DNA of 64,000 nucleotides from Candidatus Micrarchaeota archaeon (GCA_021799635.1 JAJZAB010000001.1:158505-222504); one strand, 5' to 3'. Positions 1 through 10,033 are shown, counted from the first letter of the stretch. Translations and numbers: made by a program. The notes: generated by a model from the sequence alone, not told the origin.

Positions 1-399
1 CCTTCGCAGTCATCTGGTAATGGCCTCAGGATGTATGAAAGTTTAACAAACAACGTTGGTACTGGAACAGGCACATATGGATGGGGATGGCAAGGCGGAA
101 ACCAGTATTTGTTTTATGGTGGCACGGCGCTTATAAGCGAAGCAGTAGCTTCATTCCCAACAGATGTGTGGAGTTTTGTATGGAGCACCACAGGCAGTGA
201 ATCAGGGTCGCTGGCTTACGGAAGCACATTAAGCAGAACTGATACCGCTGCAACAATTGCAAACTATTATTTGGTTGTTGGACTATTCTATGCCGTAGGT
301 CAAGGAACAGTAAATATGCAATGGCTCCGCACCCGTGCCTACCCGCCCAACGGCGTGATGCCGACCATTGCTTTTGGGTCAGTTCAGCAATTTATTTGA
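1..399 (+). CDS. C-terminal part of a secreted/surface protein (DUF2341-associated type); 5' end lies outside the window
   Basis: Frame is open from base 1. Gly/Thr/Ser/aromatic-rich, ending WLRTRAYPPNGVMP, a C-terminal motif I recall from Micrarchaeota surface proteins. Confidence 0.55.
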   Translation, partial: PSQSSGNGLRMYESLTNNVGTGTGTYGWGWQGGNQYLFYGGTALISEAVASFPTDVWSFVWSTTGSESGSLAYGSTLSRTDTAATIANYYLVVGLFYAVGQGTVNMQWLRTRAYPPNGVMPTIAFGSVQQFI

Positions 400-495
400 T
401 CAAGCGCTTCTGGCTTTGGCACTGCCATGGTAAATTGCGTACACATATACTTTTATATGTGTTAAAAAACATATTAGCACTGAAGAGGTGTTCCG

Positions 496-1380
496 TTGCC
501 TGATAAAAATTTTGATAAGTTAAGGGAAAAAATGCTAAGCGAGGCCAGGGAGGGGATAAAAAGCTCATATAGCAGTGAGGAATACTCGTTGATACAGGCC
601 ATAAACGCATACATGGAGACCAGCAAATCGTACAATCTCGGCTTTGAGAGACTAAGCGAGTGGTACGGCATATACTTCCCTGAAGTTAGAATATCAAACC
701 CAAAAACGCTTGCAAGCCTCTCCGCAGAACTTGGGAACGGCCAAAAACCAACTTTGGAGGCGGTGGAGAAGGCCGTGAATGATGCAGAGGCTGCAAGGAA
801 GATATATGATAAAATGAATGGGAGCATGGGCAGGGGTATGAACGGGGAGGAAGCAAAAGCTATAGCGCGGTTTGCAGAACTGAATAATCAGATAGCATTG
901 CTTATGGACGAGCTTGACGGGTATATAAAAGCTGCTGCCGGAAGGCTACTGCCAAACACAACTTACCTTACTGACCATAAGACTGCAGCCGAACTGCTGA
1001 GCAGGGCAGGCTCCATGGAAAGGCTGGCGACCATGCCTGCCGGAACCATACAGCTCCTCGGGGCTGAGAAAGCGCTGTTCAAGCACATTAAGTTCGGTAG
1101 CAGGCCACCGAAATACGGCATCCTATTCAAGCTCCCTGAGGTTGGTACCGCGCAGAGAGAGATACGCGGCAAGATAGCCAGGGCGTATGCTACCAAAATA
1201 TGCATTGCGCTGAAAGCTGACTACTTTTCCAAGAATTTCATAGCCGAGAAGCTGAAAAGCGATTTGGAGCTTGGTATAAAAAGGATAAAGGAGAAACCAA
1301 TAGTGCCGAAAAAGGAGCAGCCGCAGGAAAGGAGGCTTGGGGGCCATGGTTTCCGCAGGAACCGCAGGCCCAGAAGGTAA
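496..1380 (+). CDS. nop5: C/D-box sRNP scaffold protein Nop5 (aNOP56/58)
   Basis: ERLSEWYGIYFPE, LATMPAGTIQLLGAEKALF and PKYGILF Nop-domain motifs. AGGTG + 5 nt + TTG start. Confidence 0.95.
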   Translation: MPDKNFDKLREKMLSEAREGIKSSYSSEEYSLIQAINAYMETSKSYNLGFERLSEWYGIYFPEVRISNPKTLASLSAELGNGQKPTLEAVEKAVNDAEAARKIYDKMNGSMGRGMNGEEAKAIARFAELNNQIALLMDELDGYIKAAAGRLLPNTTYLTDHKTAAELLSRAGSMERLATMPAGTIQLLGAEKALFKHIKFGSRPPKYGILFKLPEVGTAQREIRGKIARAYATKICIALKADYFSKNFIAEKLKSDLELGIKRIKEKPIVPKKEQPQERRLGGHGFRRNRRPRR

Positions 1381-1385
1381 AAAAG

Positions 1386-1631
1386 TTATTGCTTGGGCTG
1401 TAACTCTTCCTCTAACATTGTAAGCTTTTTGCTCGCAACCATCCTTACGAAAGGGTCCTTGTCCTTTCTTACTATCCTCTCCAGAACCTCAACGCTGTCT
1501 ATCCTCCTTATCGCAGCCGTCCTTACGCTAAAATCCGGGTTGTTCAGTGCAATCTGGGCCAGCGTGCGCTTGTTATCTATCCTCCTTATGACATCCTCGG
1601 CAGTGTATTTAGTTGCAGTATTTTCGGCCAT
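1386..1631 (-). CDS. Small HEAT/LRV-like helical repeat protein
   Basis: Two repeats, DFSVRTAAIRRI and DPFVRMVASKKL. GGTG SD upstream. Confidence 0.6.
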   Translation of the reverse strand: MAENTATKYTAEDVIRRIDNKRTLAQIALNNPDFSVRTAAIRRIDSVEVLERIVRKDKDPFVRMVASKKLTMLEEELQPKQ

Positions 1632-1721
1632 AGTGCACCACTTTTCCAGGTTTTGTTTCTTGTATAGTTATATAAAACAATCAAATATAAATATTTAATA
1701 AGGAAGAATAGTTTTGATTGT

Positions 1722-2657
1722 ATGCAGCAGAGCAAGAAGCTGACCCGCATAGAGGAAAAAATGGTAAAGGAGCTTATCAGAGGTGTGGAATACAGGTCTA
1801 GGCTCTCCGATGCGCTTCTGGATAAATCCACGATGGATGAAATACTGGAAAGTAGAAGTGCGGTGCTAACTCCGGATCAACGAAGGCTATTTTCCGAACA
1901 TTCTAAGCGATTGGATAAGATTATAGGCGATATCTCGGGTTTCATAAGCTCAGAATCTAGCGAATATGCAAAGGCGTCCCTGACCAGCCCTGAGGAGTTC
2001 ATCTCTAATTTTAAATCTATGCGCGCGCAGAGTCAGGAGGACCTGGAAAGGCTGAATGGGCTGTCTGTCGATGCCAGAGTAGATCCATGGTCAAGAGGCA
2101 AGCTAAACAATATTATAAAGACGATGAACGACATCAAGATAAATAGATTGGTAAAAATAGCTGGAGACAGTGATAATCCAGAGGAGCTGAGGAGATCGGT
2201 GTTGCTTTTTTTGGCAAATGGCGAGAAGGATGAAAGGAGCCAGTTGATTAGTATATACAATTCTGGCGAGGACTCTGCTAGTGTAAAGGAATTGCTGAAC
2301 AACCTTATACGTGCATCGCTTAAGGCGGAATTAAGCTACGTGGAATTTGCATCTGCGGATCCCGGCCTTTCAAAATATACAAAATATCTTATGCAGGATA
2401 GGGCCTACGAGCTCAGACAGGCATTGCCGGTAGAGAAAGAACATGAAGATGGGGAGGTTAATGTTATAGCGAAGCTGAAGGAGGCGCTGAAGCCATCAAC
2501 AAGCAAAGAGGACAGGGAACGCACCATACTTAACCTTCTGACTTTGGCTGTAAAAAATAATGGTAAGATCGAAGGCTTGATTATACCTATTCAATTTATT
2601 CCAAACGGGGATGAAAATGTTTTGGGCATTAGGGATTTTATCAGAAAGGAGAATTGA
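1722..2657 (+). CDS. Hypothetical helical protein
   Basis: 311-aa ORF after an AT-rich promoter region. No recognisable motif. Confidence 0.7.
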   Translation: MQQSKKLTRIEEKMVKELIRGVEYRSRLSDALLDKSTMDEILESRSAVLTPDQRRLFSEHSKRLDKIIGDISGFISSESSEYAKASLTSPEEFISNFKSMRAQSQEDLERLNGLSVDARVDPWSRGKLNNIIKTMNDIKINRLVKIAGDSDNPEELRRSVLLFLANGEKDERSQLISIYNSGEDSASVKELLNNLIRASLKAELSYVEFASADPGLSKYTKYLMQDRAYELRQALPVEKEHEDGEVNVIAKLKEALKPSTSKEDRERTILNLLTLAVKNNGKIEGLIIPIQFIPNGDENVLGIRDFIRKEN

Positions 2658-2774
2658 GCCAAATATGCCAAAATTTTGGCAAATTCAGGTATGACAAAAT
2701 TTGAAACAAGGTAAATCCCGGAACAGAAAATATTTAAATACTTTCGAAAAGCCATAGATAACAGGTGAATTTGT

Positions 2775-4799
2775 ATGCCAAATCAGGGTAATCCTGGAGC
2801 ACCGAAGCCGGTTGAGGTAGAGGTGCAGATAGATCAGAATATTGTGAGTAATATTAACAATAAAAAGCCGGAAGCAAAAGCTGGGGACGCAAGCAAGGAT
2901 TCTACTGACCCTGTTCTAGCCGTTTACCACAGGTCCATGGAAGAGATAGAGCGCATGCCGGTAATAGACAAGACTATGACAGTGTGCCCTGAGTGCAAAT
3001 TGATAATCAACGGCACCATCTACAAGGATGGGGAAAACGTTATGATCAGGAAGTATTGCCCAGAGCACAACTGGACAGTAGAGAAGTACTGGGAAGACTA
3101 CGACATGTACATGAAGATGAAAAGATACAATTATTACGGCAGGGGCTTTGACAATCCAAACTACATAAGCGATACAAAAGGTGCAAACTGCCCATTCGAC
3201 TGCGGAATGTGCGAGAGGCACAAGTCGCATACAGGCCTGGCGAATGTAGTAGTTACAAACAGGTGCCACCTTAGCTGCTGGTACTGCTTCTTCTACGCCA
3301 AGGAAGGGGAAGCCATATATGAACCAAGCGTGGCTGAGCTTTACAAGATATTCAGAAACCTTAGGAACCAGAAACCCATACCTGCCAACGCCTTGCAGAT
3401 AACTGGCGGGGAGCCTACAATGCATCCAAAGATAGTTGAGATAGTGCAGAAGGCAAAGGAGGCCGGCTTTGACCAGATACAGCTAAATACAACAGGAATA
3501 AACCTTGGGCTTAATCCTGACATGGCAATAAAACTAAGGCACGCTGGCGTAAGCACGCTGTACATGAGTTTTGACGGGGTAAGCGCCAGAGCTAATCCGA
3601 AAAATCACTGGGAGGCGCCGCTTGCTCTGGAAGCAGCTAGGAAGGCAAACATAGGAATAGTCCTAGTGCCTACGGTCATAAGGACCATAAACGACCATGA
3701 GCTCGGGGCTATGATAAATTTTGCACTGAACAATTCTGACATCGTTAGGGCTATAAACTTCCAGCCTGTATCTCTGGTTGGCAGGATGCCTTCTAGGTTG
3801 AGGGAAAAGCAGAGGATAACCATACCCGGAGCCATAAAGCTCATAGAGCAGCAGACAAACGGAGTCATAGGAAAGGACGCGTGGTTCTCTGTGCCTTACG
3901 TTGGTGGCATAAACAAATTCATAGAGGCGCTGACAGGAGAATACAAGTACGACCTCTCTATCCACTTCGCGTGTGGAGCTGGTAGCTATCTCTTCATAGA
4001 TAGCGACAATAAGATAATACCGCTCACGAAATTTGTTGACGCTCCGGGGCTTCTGGAGCATCTGCAGAGGGCAGTGGACGAGATGGGAGGGAAAAGCAGG
4101 ATTGAAAGGAGGCTTATAGCCCTCAAGGCCCTCGTTGGTCTCAATAGGTACATTGACAAGCAGAACCAGCCGAAATCCGTAAACTTCTCAAAGCTCCTGC
4201 TGTCAATACTGCTGAAGCACAACTTCCAGTCTATGGGCAACCTGCAGATGAAAAGCATATTCATAGGAATGATGCACTTCCAGGACGAATACACGTATGA
4301 CATACACAGAGTTGAGAAGTGTGACATACACTACGCACAGCCCAACGGTGAGGTGCTTCCGTTCTGCTCGTTCAATGTTTTCCCGGAGATGTACAGGGAC
4401 AAGATACAGAGGCAGTACAGCATACCTGCCACTGAATGGGAGAATACTCACCCAGGATGGACATATCCGACAGACAAGTATGTCAGGAACATAAAGGAGC
4501 TTGAAGCAAGCAAGGAGTACATAAAGACCTACTGCAACATGACGGACTACTTTGCGCTCCCTGCAAATGGAGGTGTAGGAGTATACAATTTTGCAAATGA
4601 AAAGCCAAAGGTAGCGATATCTATGGAGGCTAACTCCGGCAGGACTCAGACAGTTGTTAGTCAGGTTAAGGCCGCTGCTGCAGAAAAGCCGGCAGATAAG
4701 AGCGATGACAGTTCGTGCGAGTGCGGAGGGAGCTGCGAATGTGGAGAAAAGGAAGGTGAGGGAGGAGGATGCGGCTGCGGCGGATCTTGCAATTGCTGA
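2775..4799 (+). CDS. tes: Radical SAM tetraether lipid synthase (Tes / GDGT-MAS, MJ0619 family) with a Cys-rich C-terminal extension
   Basis: Rubredoxin-like CPEC...CPEH, auxiliary cluster motif CPFDCGMCERH, rSAM CxxxCxxC (CHLSCWYC), GGEP, and C-terminal MHFQD...CDIHY...PFCSFN. Confidence 0.85.
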   Translation: MPNQGNPGAPKPVEVEVQIDQNIVSNINNKKPEAKAGDASKDSTDPVLAVYHRSMEEIERMPVIDKTMTVCPECKLIINGTIYKDGENVMIRKYCPEHNWTVEKYWEDYDMYMKMKRYNYYGRGFDNPNYISDTKGANCPFDCGMCERHKSHTGLANVVVTNRCHLSCWYCFFYAKEGEAIYEPSVAELYKIFRNLRNQKPIPANALQITGGEPTMHPKIVEIVQKAKEAGFDQIQLNTTGINLGLNPDMAIKLRHAGVSTLYMSFDGVSARANPKNHWEAPLALEAARKANIGIVLVPTVIRTINDHELGAMINFALNNSDIVRAINFQPVSLVGRMPSRLREKQRITIPGAIKLIEQQTNGVIGKDAWFSVPYVGGINKFIEALTGEYKYDLSIHFACGAGSYLFIDSDNKIIPLTKFVDAPGLLEHLQRAVDEMGGKSRIERRLIALKALVGLNRYIDKQNQPKSVNFSKLLLSILLKHNFQSMGNLQMKSIFIGMMHFQDEYTYDIHRVEKCDIHYAQPNGEVLPFCSFNVFPEMYRDKIQRQYSIPATEWENTHPGWTYPTDKYVRNIKELEASKEYIKTYCNMTDYFALPANGGVGVYNFANEKPKVAISMEANSGRTQTVVSQVKAAAAEKPADKSDDSSCECGGSCECGEKEGEGGGCGCGGSCNC

Positions 4800-4833
4800 G
4801 ATGCACAGCTTAGACTATAGATAGGTTTTACTC

Positions 4834-5538
4834 ATGGACCGCAGGCAAGAAACGGAGCACGGGAGCAAGTATATGCAGGACCTTGAGAGGGAAAAGACCC
4901 TTGGCAAGGTTGTGGACGACTGGATTACTGATGAAGAAGGCAACAAGTACAGGATGCCATACAAGATAATAAAAATGGTCGTATTTTCCAACATAAGCAA
5001 GAAAGACATGATAGACACGCAACACGCCGCTAGGCTGCAGTACAGGCTTTCTCTTCTTGAATCTGTGGTAAAGGCAACGGTAAATTATGCAAAATCAAAG
5101 ATTGTTATAATCTACAACCCAACCGGTGCCATTAACAGGAGGGAGCAGATCAGCCAGCAGGGATTGATAGACTATCTGGCTAGCGAAGGGGTGCATGTAG
5201 ACGCCTCGCAGATAGAGGAAAGAGATTATGATTACTTAAAGGAGTTTTATTCGTATGCCTACTTCTCCCCATCAATAAGGGAGCACCCACCTTACGGATA
5301 TACTAATGATGAATGGAAGCACATGAGGGATGAATACTACAAGAAAAGCAAGGAATGGGATGCCCAGAAGCTTGATAAATTCCACAAGTGGCAGGAGGAA
5401 TACATGGAGAGCTTGAAGTCCCAGGAGCACGGCGACACAAAGGTAGGTAAAAGGAGTGTTGTCGACAAGATACTTGGAAGAAACAACAGTCCGAAGGGCA
5501 AGAAGGACGAGAAAGGTTTCTGGTTTCACGGCGTCTAG
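4834..5538 (+). CDS. Hypothetical protein with an HMA-like ferredoxin fold lacking the CxxC motif
   Basis: DTQHAARLQYRLSLLESVVKATVNYAKSKIVIIYNP resembles CopZ/HMA domains. Starts 34 nt after tes. Confidence 0.6.
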   Translation: MDRRQETEHGSKYMQDLEREKTLGKVVDDWITDEEGNKYRMPYKIIKMVVFSNISKKDMIDTQHAARLQYRLSLLESVVKATVNYAKSKIVIIYNPTGAINRREQISQQGLIDYLASEGVHVDASQIEERDYDYLKEFYSYAYFSPSIREHPPYGYTNDEWKHMRDEYYKKSKEWDAQKLDKFHKWQEEYMESLKSQEHGDTKVGKRSVVDKILGRNNSPKGKKDEKGFWFHGV

Positions 5539-7166
5539 AGACTTACAAATTCTCCTGCTATGACAGGTTCCTCTATCTTAAAGTTTGAAAGCACTCTTGG
5601 ATGAATTTCGCCAAAAACGGCTATTTCTGCACCATTTGCAACCGCCTTGGCGCACCTCCCCTCAATGAATAATGCATCTGTGTGTTTCTCAATCGTCCAT
5701 CCCTTCCTGTGCATTAATATTGCCTCGATGGTGCTCTTGGCCTCTGAAAAATTGGCCTTCGAATGCGCACTTACAAAGGCAAGTCGATCCTGCTCTACAA
5801 CCTTGCCGTTTTCAACCTTGAAAACCTTGCCCACCTCAAAAATCTTCTGCGGCATCCTTTCCTTTGCTGATACCATAAGGTTAGTAAGGAGTGATGGGAT
5901 TATATCAGTACGCATCATTGTTATCGCTTCTGTTTTCGAGTTCATCAGGCTTATTACCTCGTCCTTTTTGTATTCCCTCGAAACATTTTCAAAATTCGTC
6001 CTTTCGTTTGTAAGGTACTGGTTCATCGCTTCGGTAAAGCCGAGTCCAACCATGGTCTTTGCTAACCTGTTGTGGTATTCCGAACTCGCATCCGGGGTGC
6101 CACCGCCGGCGCTCATTACCGGTAGTGGTTCTATGTTTAGGTAGCCAAAGCCCATCGCTATGTCCTCTATCAGATCCTGCTCGTTGAGCACGTCAACCCT
6201 ATATGGGGGTACGTATGCCAGTATGTAGTCCCCGTATTTTGCACCGAAGTATCCCATCTTGTTTGCGCAGCTTATCATTTCTGATTGGTCCAGCCTCGAG
6301 CCTATGGTCTTCCTTATCTTTGAATTCCTTATTCTAATTTCTCTTAAAGTTAGGTCGGGGGTTGTTTCCTCCTTTCCACCGTATATCATCCTGCAGCTGG
6401 AGACCGTTGCCCCTGAATCAATGAAAGAGCAGGCAAGTATCTTTAGAGTGTCTTCGACCGCCTTCTTTGATGTGCCATCAACAAATGCAAGCAGGTTCTT
6501 TGTGGATTCCGTAACTCTGGTATCTTCAGAATTAATTATAGGTATCATGGCAAGCACCTTCTTTTTATCCTCCAGGAAGGCGAATTTTGGGTCGCCACTG
6601 GCAGGGATTATGCTGGAATACTCTGCACCTTTGTCTGTACTTGCCATTACCTGATCGAACGACATATCCCTTTTTTCGCCGAGGGGCACAATCCTCTTGC
6701 TTCTGGAAGCCGCGTATAGAAGGTTGCTGCCTTCTACCATGTCAAGGTTGTGAATTCCTATCGCCATCTTTCTCCTCTTTCTGCCGTACGTTGACGCGAG
6801 CTTCTCTGTGAAGTTTATTAGGTTCTTGAGGGCATTTCCGGATAGGTCTGCATTATTTACTACCATGCACGCTGCGAAAGGCCTTACATCATGCACAGAT
6901 GGGTCAATCGTTACGCTTATGCCGCTTTCTTCTTTGATTCTGTATCCCTTTTCCCTTGGCTGGGTTTTCTTCGTGAAGTACCTGAGCTGGCGTACCATAC
7001 CTGTAAAGTCGAGAAGGTCTGGCCTGTTTGGTGTTATATCTATGGTGACGCTAGACTCGTCTATGGACTCTATTTCCATCCCAAATTCCGGCACTGCCGT
7101 TATAAGCCTCTGCTTTTCGATTCCCTTATCATAGAACTCCTTGAGTTCAAAAGTAACGGTTGCCAT
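5535..7166 (-). CDS. pheT: Phenylalanine-tRNA ligase beta subunit
   Basis: DITPNRPDLL, VPPYRVDVLNEQDLIEDIA, GEIHPRVL. Confidence 0.97.
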   Translation of the reverse strand: MATVTFELKEFYDKGIEKQRLITAVPEFGMEIESIDESSVTIDITPNRPDLLDFTGMVRQLRYFTKKTQPREKGYRIKEESGISVTIDPSVHDVRPFAACMVVNNADLSGNALKNLINFTEKLASTYGRKRRKMAIGIHNLDMVEGSNLLYAASRSKRIVPLGEKRDMSFDQVMASTDKGAEYSSIIPASGDPKFAFLEDKKKVLAMIPIINSEDTRVTESTKNLLAFVDGTSKKAVEDTLKILACSFIDSGATVSSCRMIYGGKEETTPDLTLREIRIRNSKIRKTIGSRLDQSEMISCANKMGYFGAKYGDYILAYVPPYRVDVLNEQDLIEDIAMGFGYLNIEPLPVMSAGGGTPDASSEYHNRLAKTMVGLGFTEAMNQYLTNERTNFENVSREYKKDEVISLMNSKTEAITMMRTDIIPSLLTNLMVSAKERMPQKIFEVGKVFKVENGKVVEQDRLAFVSAHSKANFSEAKSTIEAILMHRKGWTIEKHTDALFIEGRCAKAVANGAEIAVFGEIHPRVLSNFKIEEPVIAGEFVSL

Positions 7167-7170
7167 TCCA

Positions 7171-8646
7171 TCACAGCTTTAAATCGCCTCTCGTTCTAAG
7201 CCAGCCTACATCATTCTTGTATAGGTCTACTATCGAATCTATATCAAAGAAGTTGAACATTAGCCTGTCTATCCCGCCCCCCCAGGCAAGTATTGTTTTG
7301 CTGGTGCCAATTGCTTTTGATATTTCTTTCCTTATAACGCCTGCTCCTATGAGCTCGACGTTGTCATCGAGCTTATCATCATGATAGTAGACTTGTAGCC
7401 CAGGCTCAACGAATGGAAAATATGAGGGCATGAACTTTACATCTATGTGAAGCTTGCTGTAGAAAGATTTCATTATGCTCATAAGGTTTGCGAGAGTGAG
7501 ATTGCTTCCTATCACAATTCCATCTGTTTGATAGAATTCTGCTAGGTGCTTGTAGTCTATGCTCTCGTTCCTAAATGCTCTTCCTATGGAAAAAACTTTT
7601 ATAGGGTATTCGCTTGCCCTTTTATCCCTGAACGTTTTCATGTTCCTTGCCGAAACAGAAGTAAGATGAGTCCTTAACAGCGCTTGCTTTGCAAGGTCCG
7701 CCCTCCATACCTCCCCCCAGCCTTTCTGATGCATCTTCTTGACCCTGTTGAGTATTTCAAGATCCTCCACGTTCAGCTGTTTGGGATTCGAAAGAAAGAA
7801 GGTATCCTGCATGTCCCGCGTCGGGTGATCCTGGGGCGAAAAAAGGGCGTCAAAATTCCAAAATGCCGATTCTATTATGGGACCCGAAACCTCAGTAAAT
7901 CCCATGTTGAGCCAGATGCTCCTTACATAATCTATGAATTCGTGCAGCGGATGAAGTCTCGCAGGGTAGACCTTTTCGGCTGGGGCTTCTATAGCATAGG
8001 GCCTGAATTTTTTACCCTTCCATTTCATACCAGTTATGATGTCCCTGCTTAGCTGGTCAATCTCGGCTCCGTCATTTGATTCTAGAAGCTCCGCCCCCTT
8101 TTGTGTTATTGTTATGTGGGAGATGTTTGAGTGCCTCTTCAGTTCTATCATTTTCCTTTTTATCAGTATATCTATGTATGATCTCTGTGCATCCACTATG
8201 CGTTCAATATCCTCATTTTTGCCTTTGGATAGCTCTGACAGTATTTTGGACGCTTCATATTCCTCCTTGGCCTCTGCCGCAAGCGTGCCTTTCTTTGTGA
8301 TACCGACCTCGGCGCCTTCGATGTCCACCCACTTGTTTTTTTTGGCCCATATGAGACCTATGTTGTCGCCAATCTTTGATAGCTTCTCTTTTCCACCAGA
8401 TGCCGATAGGCTTTTAATCAATTTTTCCTCCGGAAATCCCTCCTCAAGAGCCGATTTGCCTTCATCCGTTATCTTTATCGAATAAACATTTTGTTTTGAT
8501 GTTTCCACAGCCCCTGATGCTGAAAGCTGCTCCGCTATCGATGCTATAGAATTCGGGCTTATCCCTAAAGACTTCTCAATCTCTTTTATTGTGGCGTGCT
8601 TATTTTTTGATAAGAAGCCTAACAGTTTTATCTCACTATCATTCAA
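7171..8646 (-). CDS. pheS: Phenylalanine-tRNA ligase alpha subunit
   Basis: FWNFDALFSPQDHPTRDMQDTF, FRNESIDYKHLAEFYQ, YFPFVEP. Confidence 0.97.
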   Translation of the reverse strand: MNDSEIKLLGFLSKNKHATIKEIEKSLGISPNSIASIAEQLSASGAVETSKQNVYSIKITDEGKSALEEGFPEEKLIKSLSASGGKEKLSKIGDNIGLIWAKKNKWVDIEGAEVGITKKGTLAAEAKEEYEASKILSELSKGKNEDIERIVDAQRSYIDILIKRKMIELKRHSNISHITITQKGAELLESNDGAEIDQLSRDIITGMKWKGKKFRPYAIEAPAEKVYPARLHPLHEFIDYVRSIWLNMGFTEVSGPIIESAFWNFDALFSPQDHPTRDMQDTFFLSNPKQLNVEDLEILNRVKKMHQKGWGEVWRADLAKQALLRTHLTSVSARNMKTFRDKRASEYPIKVFSIGRAFRNESIDYKHLAEFYQTDGIVIGSNLTLANLMSIMKSFYSKLHIDVKFMPSYFPFVEPGLQVYYHDDKLDDNVELIGAGVIRKEISKAIGTSKTILAWGGGIDRLMFNFFDIDSIVDLYKNDVGWLRTRGDLKL

Positions 8647-9420
8647 CTAACCACTTTCCACTGATTTGAAATATGTATAAAGCATAAAAAGCACTATTAT
8701 GGCACCTATCACTATGTATGTAAATATGCCAAGCTTGGTGTACACCGCCTTGAAAAATGCCTCTACTTCTGCCGGTATGCTTTGCTTTATAACAAAAACC
8801 AGCGTAAATTTTGATAGTGGTTCTTGATATAGCCATGAAACTTGGGTAACGTTTGCGTAATCGCTGGCAAATGCACCGGAAGGTATATCTGGCGTAGGGA
8901 ATATTGTACTTATTTTTGATCCCGAAGGCAGGATTATGGTAAGGGTGGTGTTTGGGTTGAGAACAACTCCACTTGCGCCGTGTTCAAAGTTTAGCACGTT
9001 CGGATTAAAGGAATATATAAATGTTCGCGGGGCAGATTGCGTAACGGTTGTCACGTTCATAACGTCGTATGACATAAGCAGTTGCGCCTGCTCTTGCCCG
9101 GTTATCGATAATTTTGGGGGGCCAGGCAGGAACTTAAAATTGTATACGCCGTTCTTCGGATTTATTATGTGCTGTGAGAGAAGAGGTCCTATAAGCGCTT
9201 GCCAATTGCTTAGGGTAAGATTGAGGTCTGCTCTATCATTCGCATACTGGCTTATAGAAACGTTGCTTATGTTTATGGTAAGTATTTCCCTAACGCTGGC
9301 ACTATTGTTCAAATTAAGCGTGACTGTTGTGTTGAGGTGAGTTACAGAGTAGGATGCGTATGATATTTGTGATACAAATAGCATAAAAACTGCGGTCAAA
9401 ATGACTTGGTTGCGTAGCAA
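8647..9420 (-). CDS. Secreted, C-terminally membrane-anchored hypothetical protein
   Basis: N-terminal signal peptide, Asn/Ser/Thr-rich beta ectodomain, C-terminal TM helix. Confidence 0.75.
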   Translation of the reverse strand: MLRNQVILTAVFMLFVSQISYASYSVTHLNTTVTLNLNNSASVREILTINISNVSISQYANDRADLNLTLSNWQALIGPLLSQHIINPKNGVYNFKFLPGPPKLSITGQEQAQLLMSYDVMNVTTVTQSAPRTFIYSFNPNVLNFEHGASGVVLNPNTTLTIILPSGSKISTIFPTPDIPSGAFASDYANVTQVSWLYQEPLSKFTLVFVIKQSIPAEVEAFFKAVYTKLGIFTYIVIGAIIVLFMLYTYFKSVESG

Positions 9421-9534
9421 GCCCTCACCCGTCTTAATTTTTATGCAAAGTATTTAGACCTATTGTTTGGGCGTGGGGAGGGTAGTTCTTATGGTATTAA
9501 ATATCTTTATAACTAATAAAAATCGTGTGATTAT

Positions 9535-9951
9535 ATGATAACAGGATTTACAATATCTAAAGTTGAAGGTAGGGTAGACTCCATTGATGCGCTAGCGAAG
9601 CAGCGATTCCCGAAGCTGAACTACAATATAGATAGCCTTAGCGGCGCGGCTGAAAAGATAAAGATAAACTATGAATTTTCGGCAACTTATTTTGACAGCG
9701 ATGCTAAGGAGGCTAAAAGCATTGGGGAGCTGAAACTATCCGGTGCTGTTGAAATAAAAGAAACAAAGGAGAACGTCTCGAGCATAGTAAAGAAGTGGAA
9801 TGAGTCACACTTGCTGCCGCCACAGCTTGCTGAAGAGATACTTAATAGCCTTAACTTCAGGTGCGGCGCCACTGGCACCCTTGTAGCTTACTCATTAGGT
9901 CTTATCCCGCCTTTGGTTATAAGCACTACGAAGATAGAGGAAAAGAAATAA
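9535..9951 (+). CDS. Conserved archaeal hypothetical protein (possibly SecB-like fold)
   Basis: Four-beta-strand/two-helix pattern ending LGLIPPL. First gene of the polB-map unit. Confidence 0.6.
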   Translation: MITGFTISKVEGRVDSIDALAKQRFPKLNYNIDSLSGAAEKIKINYEFSATYFDSDAKEAKSIGELKLSGAVEIKETKENVSSIVKKWNESHLLPPQLAEEILNSLNFRCGATGTLVAYSLGLIPPLVISTTKIEEKK

Positions 9952-10033
9952 CTGCCACTCAAACCGTTTCGGCATAGCCTTGGAGGGGTTGGTACTTCGG
10001 CTCTTTGAGGTTACTTTACAAGGTGCATCCGTA

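Noticed and set aside
476..492. Possible K-loop over the nop5 SD (AGCAC-TGAAGAG-GTGTT)
   Set aside because: It lacks the proper bulge plus tandem GA geometry and is too weak to call.
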